Assembly (NCBI GenBank): GCA_046292385.1
Contig: JBKBRF010000011.1
Location: forward strand, 83,822 to 147,821
From: Armatimonadota bacterium
GTDB taxonomy: Bacteria; Armatimonadota; SYMT01
Direction: 5' to 3'
DNA: 64,000 nt
Of the stretch, positions 8,986 through 19,034 are shown piece by piece. A program made the translations under genes and the position numbers. Positions within the stretch are counted from its first letter, which is position 1. The number at the start of each line of letters is the position of its first letter. The notes below the pieces were generated by a model that searched no databases, was not told the DNA's origin, and worked only from the letters and a program-made list of their open reading frames with translations.

Positions 8986-11097
8986 ATGGACCGGCGCGAG
9001 GACGCGACCCCCTATCGGACCGGAGCGCACGAGCAGGTCGTGCGCCGCCTCCACTCCCGCGCGGAGGGGCTCCCCTCCGGTCCCGTGCAGGCGGTCGCCG
9101 CCTCGCGGGACGGGTCGGTCTTCGCGGTCGCGGACGGGCGCCTGGCGCGGCTGGGACGGGAGCCCGGGAGCCGCTGGGTCACGGCGAGCGAGCCGGCGGC
9201 GCCGACCGCTCTCGCCGCGCCGCGGTCCGGCCCGGAGCTGCTGGCCGGCTGCTCGGACGGGCTCTGGGAATACACCCGCGGCGCGTGGCGGCCGGTCCGC
9301 GGCGGCCCGCTGGGAGTGGTGGCGTTCTCCGAGGCGGCGGACGGCACCCTCTACGCCCTCACCGCCCACGAGTTGTGGATGCTCGACGGACCGTGGCGCC
9401 GGATTGCCGCCCTTCCCGAGGGGGCCGGGACCGCGCAGCGGCTGGCCGCGGCGTCGGAGGGCGGCCCCCTCGTGCTCGCCGCCGCCGGTCTCTACCGCCT
9501 GGTGGACGGCCGCTTCCGCCCGGTGCGGCCGCGGGCCGGCGGCGCCGAATCGATCCGGCACCTGGCCGCGCTCGGCGCCGGGACCCTGCTCCTCGCCACG
9601 AATGACGGGCTCCGGCTCGTCTCCCGCGGCGAGGACTGGCTGCCGCTGCGCGGTGCCGACGGGCTGCCGCTCCTCGACCTGACCCACGTTACCACCGCTC
9701 CGGACGGCACGGTCTGGCTCGGCTCGCCGCAGGGGGTGGTCCGATGGCGCGGCGGCGAGTGGCGCCTGTTCGCCGGACCGCGCTGGCTGCCGGACGACCG
9801 GGTCACGTGCCTGGCGACCGGCCCGGACGGCTCCGCGTGGGTCGGCACGGAGAAGGGCCTCTCGCGCCTGGAGCCGCGGCGGCTTACGCTGGAGGAGAAG
9901 TCGGAGCTCTACCAGCGGGACCTGGAGCGCCGCGACCGCCGCTTCGGCTACGTCACCGTCATCCAGCTCCGCCAGCCCGGGGTGCTGGAAGGCGGCCTGC
10001 AGGAGATCAGCGACAACGACGGCCTCTGGACGGCGATGTACGTCGGTTCCCAGTGCTTCCGGTACGCCGCGACCAAGTCTGCCGCCGCGAAGGCGCAGGC
10101 GTGGCGCTCCATGCAGGCGATCCTGCGGCTGGAGAGCATCACCGGGCACCCCGGCTTCCCCGCCCGGGCGATCAGCAAGATCGGGGAGCCGAACCACGAG
10201 AACCGCTCCCGCGGGGAGTGGCATCCCTCCCCCGTGGAGCCGGGCTGGATGTGGAAGGGCGACACCTCCTCCGACGAGATCGACGGCCACTTCTTCGCCT
10301 TCTACGTCTTCCACGAGCTTGCCGCGGACGCGGAGCAGAAGCGCCGAGTGCGGGAGACCTGCCGCCGCGTCACCGATCACCTGCTGGATCACGGCTACTA
10401 TCTGGTCGACCTGGACGGCAAGCACACGCGCTGGGGGGTCTGGGCGCCGGAGCAGCTCAACGACAACCCGGAGTGGGAGGCGGAGCGGGGCCTCAACTCG
10501 CTGGAGATGCTCTCCTACCTGAAGGTGGCGCATCACCTCGTCGGCGACCCGCGCTACGCGGAGGCGTACCGGTCGCTGATCCGGGACCACGGCTACGCCC
10601 TGAACATGGTCAACACCAAAGTGGTTCCGCCCGGTGAGGTGAACCATTCCGATGACGAGCTGGCGTTCCTCTCCTACTATCCGCTGCTGCAGCTCGAGAC
10701 CGACCCGGCGCTCCGCGCGCTCTACGTGGCGAGCCTGCGCCGGAGCTGGGAATACGAGCGCGTGGAGGCATCCCCGCTCTGGAGCTTCATCTACGGCGCC
10801 TGCACCGGGGAGCCGTGCGACGTGGAGGCCAGCGTCCAGGCGCTCCAGGAGATCCCGCTCGACCTGGTGAAGTGGCCCACGCGCAACTCCCATCGGGCGG
10901 ATCTTCACTACGACCCGGTGCCGGACCGCTTCGGTAAGCGACAGCTCCTGCGCCCGCTGCCGTGGACGGAGCGCCCGCTCCACAAGTGGAACGGCAACCC
11001 GTTCGTGGTCGACGGCGGCGACGGAGGAGAAGAGGAGGACCAGACGATGTGGCTGCTCCCCTACTGGCTCGGCCGCTACCACCGGCTCATCAGCTAA
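8986..11097 (+). CDS. Beta-propeller plus putative alpha/alpha-barrel glycoside-hydrolase-like protein
   Basis: N-terminal Reg_prop-like repeats (DGLP, PDGTVWLG, LPDDRV, AWVGTEKGLS); C-terminal helical domain with DNDGLWT and WKGDTSSDE; upstream of sugar ABC genes. Confidence 0.65.
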   Translation: MDRREDATPYRTGAHEQVVRRLHSRAEGLPSGPVQAVAASRDGSVFAVADGRLARLGREPGSRWVTASEPAAPTALAAPRSGPELLAGCSDGLWEYTRGAWRPVRGGPLGVVAFSEAADGTLYALTAHELWMLDGPWRRIAALPEGAGTAQRLAAASEGGPLVLAAAGLYRLVDGRFRPVRPRAGGAESIRHLAALGAGTLLLATNDGLRLVSRGEDWLPLRGADGLPLLDLTHVTTAPDGTVWLGSPQGVVRWRGGEWRLFAGPRWLPDDRVTCLATGPDGSAWVGTEKGLSRLEPRRLTLEEKSELYQRDLERRDRRFGYVTVIQLRQPGVLEGGLQEISDNDGLWTAMYVGSQCFRYAATKSAAAKAQAWRSMQAILRLESITGHPGFPARAISKIGEPNHENRSRGEWHPSPVEPGWMWKGDTSSDEIDGHFFAFYVFHELAADAEQKRRVRETCRRVTDHLLDHGYYLVDLDGKHTRWGVWAPEQLNDNPEWEAERGLNSLEMLSYLKVAHHLVGDPRYAEAYRSLIRDHGYALNMVNTKVVPPGEVNHSDDELAFLSYYPLLQLETDPALRALYVASLRRSWEYERVEASPLWSFIYGACTGEPCDVEASVQALQEIPLDLVKWPTRNSHRADLHYDPVPDRFGKRQLLRPLPWTERPLHKWNGNPFVVDGGDGGEEEDQTMWLLPYWLGRYHRLIS

Positions 11098-11111
11098 CGC
11101 AGAGCGCCCCC

Positions 11112-12416
11112 GTGACCTTCCCTCCCGCCCGATCGACTGCGTTAAGCCGCCGGCGCCTCCTGGGGGCGCTGGGCGCGGGCTCCCTCGCGCCGGCGCTCTC
11201 CGGGTGCCGGGAGCGGACGGAGAGCGGCATCACCCTGCGCATGGTCTCCACCAACCACGGGGAGCGGATGCGGGAGCCGTTCGCCGCGGCGCTGCGGGAG
11301 TTCGAGCGGGAGCATCCCGGCGTCCGGGTGCGTGAGACGACGATGGACGACGACGTCTACCAGAAGATGGGGCTCGTCAACCTCTTCGTCGGCGGCGACC
11401 CCCCGGATCTCTTCTTCCAGTGGGGCGGGGAGCTGGTCCGCAAGTACGCCGACGCCGGCCACGCGCTCGACCTGACGCCGTTCCTGCCGCCGGAGGAGCG
11501 GGAGCGCTTCCTGCCCTCCTGCTGGGCCTCGTGCCGGGCGAGCGGCGGCTACTATCTCTGGCCGACCAGCGCCTCCGTCACCACCGTCCTCTGGTACCGC
11601 CGCAGCCTCTTCGAGCGCGCGGTGCAGCCGCCCACCACCTGGGAGGAGCTCATCGCTGTCTGCGAGTCGTTTCGGCAGAGCGGCACGATCCCGATCGCGG
11701 TCGGTAACAAGGAACTCTGGTCGGGCGGCAACTTCGCCGCCTGGATCGCGGCGCAGCGGCTGGGGGCGGAGCGCTACCGGCAGGTGCTGGGGCTGGCGCC
11801 GGGGACGCGGCTGGACGACCCGGAGCTGGTCGACGCGTTCCGGCTCCTCTCCGACCTGCAGGCGCGCGGCTTCTTCAACCGAGGCGTGGCCGGGGTGAGC
11901 ACCGACGAGGCGCGGTCGCTCCTGGCGCAGGGCCGCGCGGCGATGCACCCGATCGGCGACTGGCTGGTGAGCGAGGTGGAGCCGGAGGAGGCGGAAGACC
12001 TCGACGCGATACTCCTGCCGCCGCTCCCCAACCAGAGCGGCGAGACCGGGACCCTGCTGGCGCTGGCGACCGGCTACATGGTCGCGCGCCGGAGCCGCCA
12101 CCCGGAGCTGGCCGTCGCCCTGCTGCGCCACCTGACGCGGACCGAAGTGCAGCGCGGCTGGACGGAGCACGGCCACGTGAGCTCCCTCCGCGCCGCCGCC
12201 CCGGGGCCGGAGGCGCCGGTAGGCCAGCGCCGCCTGACCGAGTTCATGGAGACCGCCCCGGCCGCGGCGCTCGCGCCGGACGTCGGCTTCAACCTGGAGG
12301 TGAGCGACGCCTTCCTGGATGCGGTGAGCCTGGTCCTCGCCGGCCGGGCCGCGCCGGAAACGGCTCTTGCCGACGCCGAGCGCCAGGTCCGGGCGCTGCG
12401 GAGGGCCGCGGCATGA
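11112..12416 (+). CDS. Carbohydrate ABC transporter substrate-binding lipoprotein
   Basis: SRRRLL twin-Arg-like signal and LSGC lipobox; PPDLF, PPTTWEEL, GRAAM motifs; GTG start inferred. Confidence 0.85.
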   Translation: MTFPPARSTALSRRRLLGALGAGSLAPALSGCRERTESGITLRMVSTNHGERMREPFAAALREFEREHPGVRVRETTMDDDVYQKMGLVNLFVGGDPPDLFFQWGGELVRKYADAGHALDLTPFLPPEERERFLPSCWASCRASGGYYLWPTSASVTTVLWYRRSLFERAVQPPTTWEELIAVCESFRQSGTIPIAVGNKELWSGGNFAAWIAAQRLGAERYRQVLGLAPGTRLDDPELVDAFRLLSDLQARGFFNRGVAGVSTDEARSLLAQGRAAMHPIGDWLVSEVEPEEAEDLDAILLPPLPNQSGETGTLLALATGYMVARRSRHPELAVALLRHLTRTEVQRGWTEHGHVSSLRAAAPGPEAPVGQRRLTEFMETAPAAALAPDVGFNLEVSDAFLDAVSLVLAGRAAPETALADAERQVRALRRAAA

Positions 12417-13282
12417 CCTCGGGCGAGCGGCGGCAGCTCCGGTGGCTGGGCGCGCCCGCGTTGGCGCTGTACCTGGTGTTCGTGGTGCTCCCGGTGCTTG
12501 CCGCGGGTGCCCTCTCGCTCTTCACCTGGGACGGCATCGCTGCACCGGCCTTCGCGGGCTCGGCGAACTATACCCGCGCGCTGTTCGGCGATCCGATCTT
12601 CCTCCGCTCGTTCCTGAACAACGCGGTCTACGTGGGGATCACGCTGGTGGTGGAGGTCGGCGCCGGGCTCCTCTTCGCGGCGGCCTTGCAGGCGCGGCTC
12701 CCGCTCGCCGGATTCTGGCGCGCGCTCTTCTTCAGCCCGATGGTGCTCTCGATGGTGGTGGTCGGGCTTCTCGGCGGCTTCGTCCTGAACCCGGACTTCG
12801 GCATCCTCAGCTCCGCCCTGCGCGGCCTGGGGCTGGGGCACCTCGACCGCGACTGGTTGGGAGACGATCGCACCGCCCTCTACGCCGTCTCGCTTGTTTC
12901 CGGCTGGCGCTACGCCGGCTTCTACATGGCGCTCTTCGCCGCCGGCCTGGCCCGCGTGCCGCCGGAGGTGCTCGACGCCGGCCGTCTAGACGGCGCGGGG
13001 GAGGCCTTGCTCTTCCGCCGGGTCACGCTGCCGATGCTGGCGCCGGTCACCGCCATCGCGGTGCTGCTCTGCGTGACCGGCGGCTTCCAGGCATTCGATC
13101 TCTTCTTCGTGATGACCGACGGCGGGCCGTTCCACAGCACCGAGATCCCGTCGCTCTGGATGGTCAAGAAGGCGTTCAATCGCCAGTCACTCGGCTACGG
13201 CGCCTCCCTGGGCGTGCTGCTGGCGCTCTTCGTTGCCGCGCTCGGAGTGCTGCAGCTCCGAGTCCGGAGGGAGAGCCGGTGA
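12413..13282 (+). CDS. Carbohydrate ABC transporter permease
   Basis: EAA-like loop (DAGRLDGAG), VTLPML, MTDGGP; ATGA overlap with the SBP gene. Confidence 0.9.
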   Translation: MTSGERRQLRWLGAPALALYLVFVVLPVLAAGALSLFTWDGIAAPAFAGSANYTRALFGDPIFLRSFLNNAVYVGITLVVEVGAGLLFAAALQARLPLAGFWRALFFSPMVLSMVVVGLLGGFVLNPDFGILSSALRGLGLGHLDRDWLGDDRTALYAVSLVSGWRYAGFYMALFAAGLARVPPEVLDAGRLDGAGEALLFRRVTLPMLAPVTAIAVLLCVTGGFQAFDLFFVMTDGGPFHSTEIPSLWMVKKAFNRQSLGYGASLGVLLALFVAALGVLQLRVRRESR

Positions 13283-14121
13283 GCGTCCCCGCCAAGCCGA
13301 CGCGGCGCAGCGCGTCCCCCGGCCGCTCGCTCCTGCTGGCGGGCGTGGCGCTCGTCTCCCTGCTGATGGCGGCGCCGCTCGTCTGGATGCTCCTCGGCTC
13401 CCTCCGCTCCAACGAGGAGATCCTGCGGGCGCCGTTCGCGCTGCCGGAGGCGTGGCGCTGGGGCCAGTGGAGCGAGGCGTGGGTGGAAGGGAACCTCTCC
13501 GCCTACGCCGTCAACAGCGGCGTCGTGACGGCGCTCTCGGTCACGCTGACCGTACTCCTCGGAGCCGCGGCCGCCTACCCGCTGGCGCGAGAGTCCGGCG
13601 CCACCCCACGGACGCTGCTGCTCTACCTGGTGGGGCTGGTGGTGCCGGCGCAGGCCGCCGTGGTGCCGCTCTTCCTGCTGCTGCGGTCGCTGCGCCTGCT
13701 CGACACCTGGTGGGCGCTGGTGCTGCCGTACGTGGCGTGGAACCTGCCGGTGGCGGTCTTCGTCTTCTACGGCTTCTTCCGGGGGCAGTCGACCGAGCCG
13801 GAAGAAGCAGCGCGCCTCGACGGCTGCGGTCCGCTGGCGATCTTCTGGCGCATCGCCCTGCCGATCGCCCGGCCTGCCGCGGGAGTGGTCGCCATCCTCA
13901 CCGCGCTCGCCGTATGGAACGAGCTGCTCTTCGCCCTGCTCTTCGTCAGCAGCGAGAGCGCCCGCACCCTGCCGCTCGGCCTGCTCGCCTTCAGCAGCGC
14001 GCATACCACCGACTACGGCCTCACCTTCGCCGCGCTCAGTATGATGTCGCTCCCGCTGCTCGTCGCCTACGCCTTCGTGCAGCGGTGGCTGATCGAAGGC
14101 GCGGAGGTCACGCTGGCGTGA
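13279..14121 (+). CDS. Carbohydrate ABC transporter permease
   Basis: EEAARLDGCG EAA motif, WNELL, TLPLGL; GTGA overlap. Confidence 0.9.
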   Translation: MSVPAKPTRRSASPGRSLLLAGVALVSLLMAAPLVWMLLGSLRSNEEILRAPFALPEAWRWGQWSEAWVEGNLSAYAVNSGVVTALSVTLTVLLGAAAAYPLARESGATPRTLLLYLVGLVVPAQAAVVPLFLLLRSLRLLDTWWALVLPYVAWNLPVAVFVFYGFFRGQSTEPEEAARLDGCGPLAIFWRIALPIARPAAGVVAILTALAVWNELLFALLFVSSESARTLPLGLLAFSSAHTTDYGLTFAALSMMSLPLLVAYAFVQRWLIEGAEVTLA

Positions 14122-14143
14122 GTGGGAGACCCAGGACCTGACG

Positions 14144-14560
14144 ATGATCTCGATCCACGATCACCGCCTTCTCGCCTATCACGTGGACTGTGAGGCCCGG
14201 CAGATCACGCTCCGAACTATCTTCCAGGATGAAGAGCCGCACGAGAAGGCGCAGATCACCTTCACCGGGGTGCTCGCCTACCACTTCGAAGGGGACGCCT
14301 TCGGAACGATCCTCTTCGACATCACCGCCGTACCGCCGGCAGAGATCGTGGGTCAGTACGCCGAGCTCTTCGCGCGGCTGAAGAACTACGGCTGGCCGGG
14401 ACCGACCTATCAGACCCCGGAAGAGCTGAACCAGCGTCTCGAGGGGTCAGGGGTGACTGGTTATCTGATCTATTCGTCGTGCGGGATGGATGGGTTCGTT
14501 CTCGCGAAGAGGATGGAGATTCGGGCTGCGGCAGCTGCTCCGAAGAGCACGAGGTGCTAG
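14144..14560 (+). CDS. Hypothetical protein
   Basis: 138-aa ORF with globular composition (SIHD, FTGVLAYHF, SSCGMDGFV). Confidence 0.7.
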   Translation: MISIHDHRLLAYHVDCEARQITLRTIFQDEEPHEKAQITFTGVLAYHFEGDAFGTILFDITAVPPAEIVGQYAELFARLKNYGWPGPTYQTPEELNQRLEGSGVTGYLIYSSCGMDGFVLAKRMEIRAAAAAPKSTRC

Positions 14561-14565
14561 CGCCT

Positions 14566-15171
14566 ATGGGGGCATCACGCTACATCCTCTTTCATCGGAC
14601 GGAGGGCCACTGCGTCACCTGGCTGGTCCAGGCGACGGACCTGCGGGAGGCGCTGGTCCGCTTTCTCCTGGACGCCTGGGGGGACGCCGGCGAGCTTCTG
14701 CCCGACGGCTCGCTGGTGGATGACGATGGCCTCGGATGGCGGGTCGTCTACACGCACCCGCTGCAGGCGATTGAGGCAAATTACAAGATCTGCGAGGACT
14801 GGGAGATCCGGAGCCTGGACGAGCCGAGCCTGCAGGCGGAGGTCGCCGAGGTCTTCTGCAGCGCCGATCCGTCCGACCTCGACAAGCACATCTCGGCCGC
14901 GCGCCGGGCTCTTCGGGAGGCGCATCCGCGCAGCCGGGCACGGGCGTTCGTCTGGTACCTCCGGAGCGGCCCACTCGTCACGTTCTACCGGCGCCCCCGG
15001 CGAGGTGCGGTGCTCGAAATCGTCGCCCGCTACCTGCTGCCATGGAAAGACTGGCCGAATGCGCGACCATGGACCGGCAGCTACGACGACCTGCTCGGAG
15101 AGCTGTTCCTCGGCCCCGGAGAGCGGCACGGAGCCGCGGGAGCCCGCCATAGTGCGGAGCCTCACCCGTAG
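14566..15171 (+). CDS. Hypothetical protein
   Basis: ATG at 14566 after GAGG, directly downstream of the previous stop; plausible composition. Confidence 0.6.
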   Translation: MGASRYILFHRTEGHCVTWLVQATDLREALVRFLLDAWGDAGELLPDGSLVDDDGLGWRVVYTHPLQAIEANYKICEDWEIRSLDEPSLQAEVAEVFCSADPSDLDKHISAARRALREAHPRSRARAFVWYLRSGPLVTFYRRPRRGAVLEIVARYLLPWKDWPNARPWTGSYDDLLGELFLGPGERHGAAGARHSAEPHP

Positions 15172-15300
15172 ATTTCGGGCAAGTCGTGCGGCTTCTGAGT
15201 ATGAGTAAAGGAGAACGAGTAGGAGTAGGAACGTGGGTTCGGAGGGCTGCCCATCCCCACCATCCCCGTTCCCCATCTCCATATCTCCTGAGGATCCAGC

Positions 15301-15939
15301 ATGCCCGTTACCTACGATCAGATTACCGAGTACCACCAGCAGCTTTCCGCGCACCAGGACCCGGTGCTGCTCCGCATGGAAGAAGAGGCGCGGCGGGACC
15401 AGTTCCCGATCATCGGGCCGGCTTCCGGAAAGATGTGCTACCTCCTCGCGCGCGCTATCGGGGCCCGCAAGGTGTTCGAGCTGGGATCCGGCTACGGCTA
15501 CAGCACCCTCTGGTTCGCCCGGGCCGTGCGGGAGAACGGCGGGGGGACCGTCCACCACACCGTCTGGGACGAAGAGCTGCAGCGCCGGGCGAAGGCGAAC
15601 GTGGAGGAGGCCGGCTATTCCGACCTGGTCCGCTTCCACCTGGGCGAGGCGGTGCAGACGCTGCGGGAGACCGACGACACGTTCGACATCGTCTTCAACG
15701 ACATCGATAAGGACGGCTATCCCGCCAGCTTGCCGGTGATGAAGCAAAAGCTGCGGGTCGGCGGCCTGATCATCATCGACAACATGCTCTGGCACGGGCG
15801 CATCTTCGACCCCGAGGACCGAGACGCCACGACGGCAGGAGTGCGCGAGTTCACGCGCCTCCTGCAGGAAGATCCCGACTTCGTCTTCCAGCTCATCCCG
15901 GTCCGCGACGGGATCATCACGGCACTCCGCGTGAGCTGA
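15301..15939 (+). CDS. Class I SAM-dependent O-methyltransferase (Methyltransf_3-like)
   Basis: [35 protein letters not shown]. Confidence 0.9.
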   Translation: MPVTYDQITEYHQQLSAHQDPVLLRMEEEARRDQFPIIGPASGKMCYLLARAIGARKVFELGSGYGYSTLWFARAVRENGGGTVHHTVWDEELQRRAKANVEEAGYSDLVRFHLGEAVQTLRETDDTFDIVFNDIDKDGYPASLPVMKQKLRVGGLIIIDNMLWHGRIFDPEDRDATTAGVREFTRLLQEDPDFVFQLIPVRDGIITALRVS

Positions 15940-16010
15940 GCCGATCGACGGGGCGCCGTGGCGGGGCCGGCGGCGCCCCTCGCTTGCTCGGGCGGATACA
16001 ATTCCTCACC

Positions 16011-16598
16011 ATGCCACGCACCGCCGAAATCGAGCGCTCCACCGCCGAGACTCAGATCAGCCTCTCGCTGGACCTGGACGGCTCCGGGAAGGCCGACGTC
16101 CAGACCGGAGTCGGCTTTCTGGACCACATGCTGACCCTCTTCGCCCGCCACGGGCTGCTCGACCTGACGGTCCGCTGCCAGGGCGACCTCCACGTGGACC
16201 AGCACCACACCGTCGAGGACGTCGGCATCTGCCTGGGGATGGCGATCGCGCGCGCCGTCGGGGACAAGAAGGGGATCGTCCGCTACGGCACCTTCACCGT
16301 GCCGATGGACGAGACGCTGGTGATGGCGAGTCTCGACCTGAGCGGGCGCGCCTTCCTGGTCTGCAACCTCGACGTGAAGAACCGCAAGATCGGCGAGTTC
16401 GACGCGGAGCTCACGCCGGAGTTCTTCCGCGCCGTGGCCGGCAACGCGCTGCTGACGCTGCACGTACACCAGTTCCACGGCGAGAACGCCCACCATATCG
16501 TTGAGGCCGCCTTCAAGGCGTTCGGCCGCGCTCTCGACGCGGCGACCCTTATCGACGAGCGCCAGCCCGGCATCCCGAGCACCAAAGGCGTGCTCTGA
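16011..16598 (+). CDS. hisB: Imidazoleglycerol-phosphate dehydratase
   Basis: [43 protein letters not shown]. Confidence 0.97.
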   Translation: MPRTAEIERSTAETQISLSLDLDGSGKADVQTGVGFLDHMLTLFARHGLLDLTVRCQGDLHVDQHHTVEDVGICLGMAIARAVGDKKGIVRYGTFTVPMDETLVMASLDLSGRAFLVCNLDVKNRKIGEFDAELTPEFFRAVAGNALLTLHVHQFHGENAHHIVEAAFKAFGRALDAATLIDERQPGIPSTKGVL

Positions 16599-16660
16599 CG
16601 TTGCGAGTCACCACCCTCCGAGCGGACGCGGGCACCCCGTCCTGCAGCCCGCACACCACC

Positions 16661-17674
16661 ATGAGCAGCTCCACGACCCCACCGCTGCACGTTCGACTCC
16701 ATCGCCGCGCCTTTACCCGGTGGGCCGCCGGCGGCCTGCTGGTCTCACTCGGGGCCGGGGTGTCCGCGCAGCCGGCGAAGAAGCCCCGGCTCGAGTTTGC
16801 CGAGACGGCCGGGGTCTACCGGATCGCCTTCCACCCGGCGGGCGACCTGCTGGCAGTAGCGGTACAGGATGGACCGCTGGACCTCTGGGATCTCCGGACC
16901 GGCCAGCGCCGCGCACGGCTCCAGGCTGCCCAGAACCCGATCCCCAACTCGCTCGCGTTCAGCCCGGACGGCGCGACGCTGGTCAGCGGGATGGGAGACG
17001 GCGCGATCCTGGTCTGGGACGTGGCTTCCGGAAGTAAGAAGCACACGCTCCGGGGCGACGGCCTCGCGGTGGAGGCGGTCGCCGTCAGCCCAAACAACGG
17101 CATTCTCCGCGCCTCCGCCCTCTCGGGAGTGCGGCAGTGGGATCTCGCCGCCGGCCGGGAGCTTCCGGAGATCCCCATCGCCTCGGATGGCGGCACCACC
17201 CTCCCGGTCGTCCTCTCCGCGCGCGGGACGGTGCTGGCGGCGGTGGGGCTGGACCACAGCATCCGTGTCTGGCACCTGGCCGCCGGGAAGCCACGCGCGC
17301 TGACCCTGAAAGGTCACACCCAGCTCGTCAGCAAGCTGGCGTTCACCCCGGACGGAAAGATCCTGGTCTCCGGCGGCCAGGACGACCAGATCCGGGTGTG
17401 GGACACCGCCACCGGACGTCCCCTTCCCCTGAAGAGCAAGGCCGGCTTTATCGGAGACGTGGCAATCTCGCCGGACGGGCGCACCGCGGCATCCGGGACG
17501 TTCTCGGGCTCACAGGTCACGCTGTGGGACCTCGCTACCAACCGGGTGGTCGCCACGCTCCCCGGCGCCGATCCGGACCGCAGCGTCCTCGCGCTGGCAT
17601 TTTCCGCCGACGGCCGCACCCTCGCCGTTGGGGAAGGCGATCGCATCCGCGTCTGGGACGTTCCGCAGCGCTAA
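16661..17674 (+). CDS. Exported WD40-repeat protein
   Basis: Multiple GH...WD repeats (AFSPDG, LKGHT, IRVWD); N-terminal RRAF signal-like segment. Confidence 0.85.
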   Translation: MSSSTTPPLHVRLHRRAFTRWAAGGLLVSLGAGVSAQPAKKPRLEFAETAGVYRIAFHPAGDLLAVAVQDGPLDLWDLRTGQRRARLQAAQNPIPNSLAFSPDGATLVSGMGDGAILVWDVASGSKKHTLRGDGLAVEAVAVSPNNGILRASALSGVRQWDLAAGRELPEIPIASDGGTTLPVVLSARGTVLAAVGLDHSIRVWHLAAGKPRALTLKGHTQLVSKLAFTPDGKILVSGGQDDQIRVWDTATGRPLPLKSKAGFIGDVAISPDGRTAASGTFSGSQVTLWDLATNRVVATLPGADPDRSVLALAFSADGRTLAVGEGDRIRVWDVPQR

Positions 17675-17803
17675 GGGGTACGCTGGAGTGATTGGCCGCT
17701 GTAGCCTCGGACTGAAGTCGAGGCTACAGCGAGCGAAGTCCGCCTGCGCGGGCTCAGACGTGCCGGCTCGAAAAGCTGGCGTTACTTACTCCCCACCCCC
17801 TTT
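17672..17803. mobile_element. MITE-like element family B, copy 1
   Basis: About 85 bp highly similar to 48345-48430; begins TAAGGGGT at a stop codon and ends CCCCCTTT; internal hairpin GTAGCCTCG..CGAGGCTAC and REP core. Confidence 0.65.
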
Positions 17804-17867
17804 GGGGGGGTGTGCGCCTGACTCGAAAACGCGGCGGCGGGTGAATTAGCGGGCAAAGCGGGATGTC

Positions 17868-17996
17868 TTAAGGGCAGAGAAATGAGTGCGGAGGGCGGGA
17901 TTCAAAAGCTCGCGTGAGCGGCGCGGCCGGTCCTCCGCCCTCTGCACTCCGTCCTGATTTCATCCCCACATCCCCCTTATCCCCCTTCTTACACCA
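17868..17996. repeat. Composite GCGGAGT/ACTCCGC and purine/pyrimidine tract repeat
   Basis: Shares TAAGGGCAGA..TGAGNGCGGAG and an inverted GGTGTAAGAA..GGGATG module with 39833-39978. Confidence 0.55.
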
Positions 17997-18001
17997 GCAG
18001 C

Positions 18002-18772
18002 CTACCGCACGGTGATCGGGGCGGTGGCTTCGGCGACGCGGCCGCGGTCCTGAGACGGGATCCAGGCGCGCACGGTATAGCGGCCGGTCGGAACGCGCAT
18101 GCCCTCGTTGTTGCGGACGTTCCAGTTCACCCCGTAGGTGTGCGCTTCCCCCGGACGAAAGACGGTGCTGGTGAGCGCCTGGGTAAAGAGGCGGCCATTG
18201 CCCCACCGCCAGACGGAGCGGCCGTCGCGCAGCACTTCGAAGTCGTACGCCTGACCGCTGGTGCGCGGGATCTCGAGGGTGCGCTCCGTCGGGTTGGTGA
18301 TCGTGAAGGTGAGCGTCACGCTGCCGTTTTGAGTCACCGAGGTATCGGATAGCTCCAGCTCAGCGCGGAGCGGGGTTTCATTCGGCTCCTCATCATCCGG
18401 CCGGGCCGGGACCGGAGCGCCGGGTCGCGCGGGACGGACCGGGGCCGGGGTGCCGGGCTGGTTTACCTCGATCTCCACCCGGACGATATTCGCGCCGGTA
18501 ATGCCGCCCTGCTCTCCGGTGATCTCCCGCACCCGGTAGCGGACCATCCGGTCGGCGCCGGGAAGCGCCCGCAGCGCCCGCGCCACCGCGGCGTCGAGCG
18601 CCTCCTGCACGCTCCCCTGGCGCGAGACTCCCTCGTAGACCCGAATCGTTTCCGTGCGGCCGGCCGGGGCCGGCTGGAGATCTCGCGCCACCTGCGCTCC
18701 CGAAATAGCGCCGACCAGCAGCAGGAGCAGCCCTGCCGAGACGGTGACTGGGACGGTGAATGAGCGTCGCAT
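18002..18772 (-). CDS. Exported protein with dodecin-like N-domain and BsuPI (intracellular proteinase inhibitor)-like domain
   Basis: Signal peptide; YEGVS..GSVQEALDAAV segment; C-terminal SGQAYDFEV..VWRW..LFTQAL..GRYTV. Confidence 0.6.
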   Translation of the reverse strand: MRRSFTVPVTVSAGLLLLLVGAISGAQVARDLQPAPAGRTETIRVYEGVSRQGSVQEALDAAVARALRALPGADRMVRYRVREITGEQGGITGANIVRVEIEVNQPGTPAPVRPARPGAPVPARPDDEEPNETPLRAELELSDTSVTQNGSVTLTFTITNPTERTLEIPRTSGQAYDFEVLRDGRSVWRWGNGRLFTQALTSTVFRPGEAHTYGVNWNVRNNEGMRVPTGRYTVRAWIPSQDRGRVAEATAPITVR

Positions 18773-18878
18773 GGCAAAATGGCTCCCTGGGGTAGTACGC
18801 AAGGTCTACCCCCGCGGCAGGGGGCCAAAACGGCGGTCGAGCGCAGAGCGGGCAACGGCCCCGGGGACCCGAGCCGCG

Positions 18879-19034
18879 AGTACTCCGTCAGTCCGGGATC
18901 GACGGGTGACCTTGGCAAGGGAGAGTGGGCGAGAGGGCGAGCTTGAGAAGCGGCTTACGAGCGCGGCTCTCCCACTCCCCCACTCTCCCTTGCTCCCACT
19001 CAGTCCTGGGAGAAGTAGCTGGACACACAGCTAG
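18879..19034. mobile_element. MITE-like element family A, copy 1
   Basis: Left end AGTACTCCGTCAGTCCGGGATC and right ~65 bp (GCGGCTCTCCCACTCCCCCACTC..AGTAGCTGGACACAC) match 48471-48686. Confidence 0.7.
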
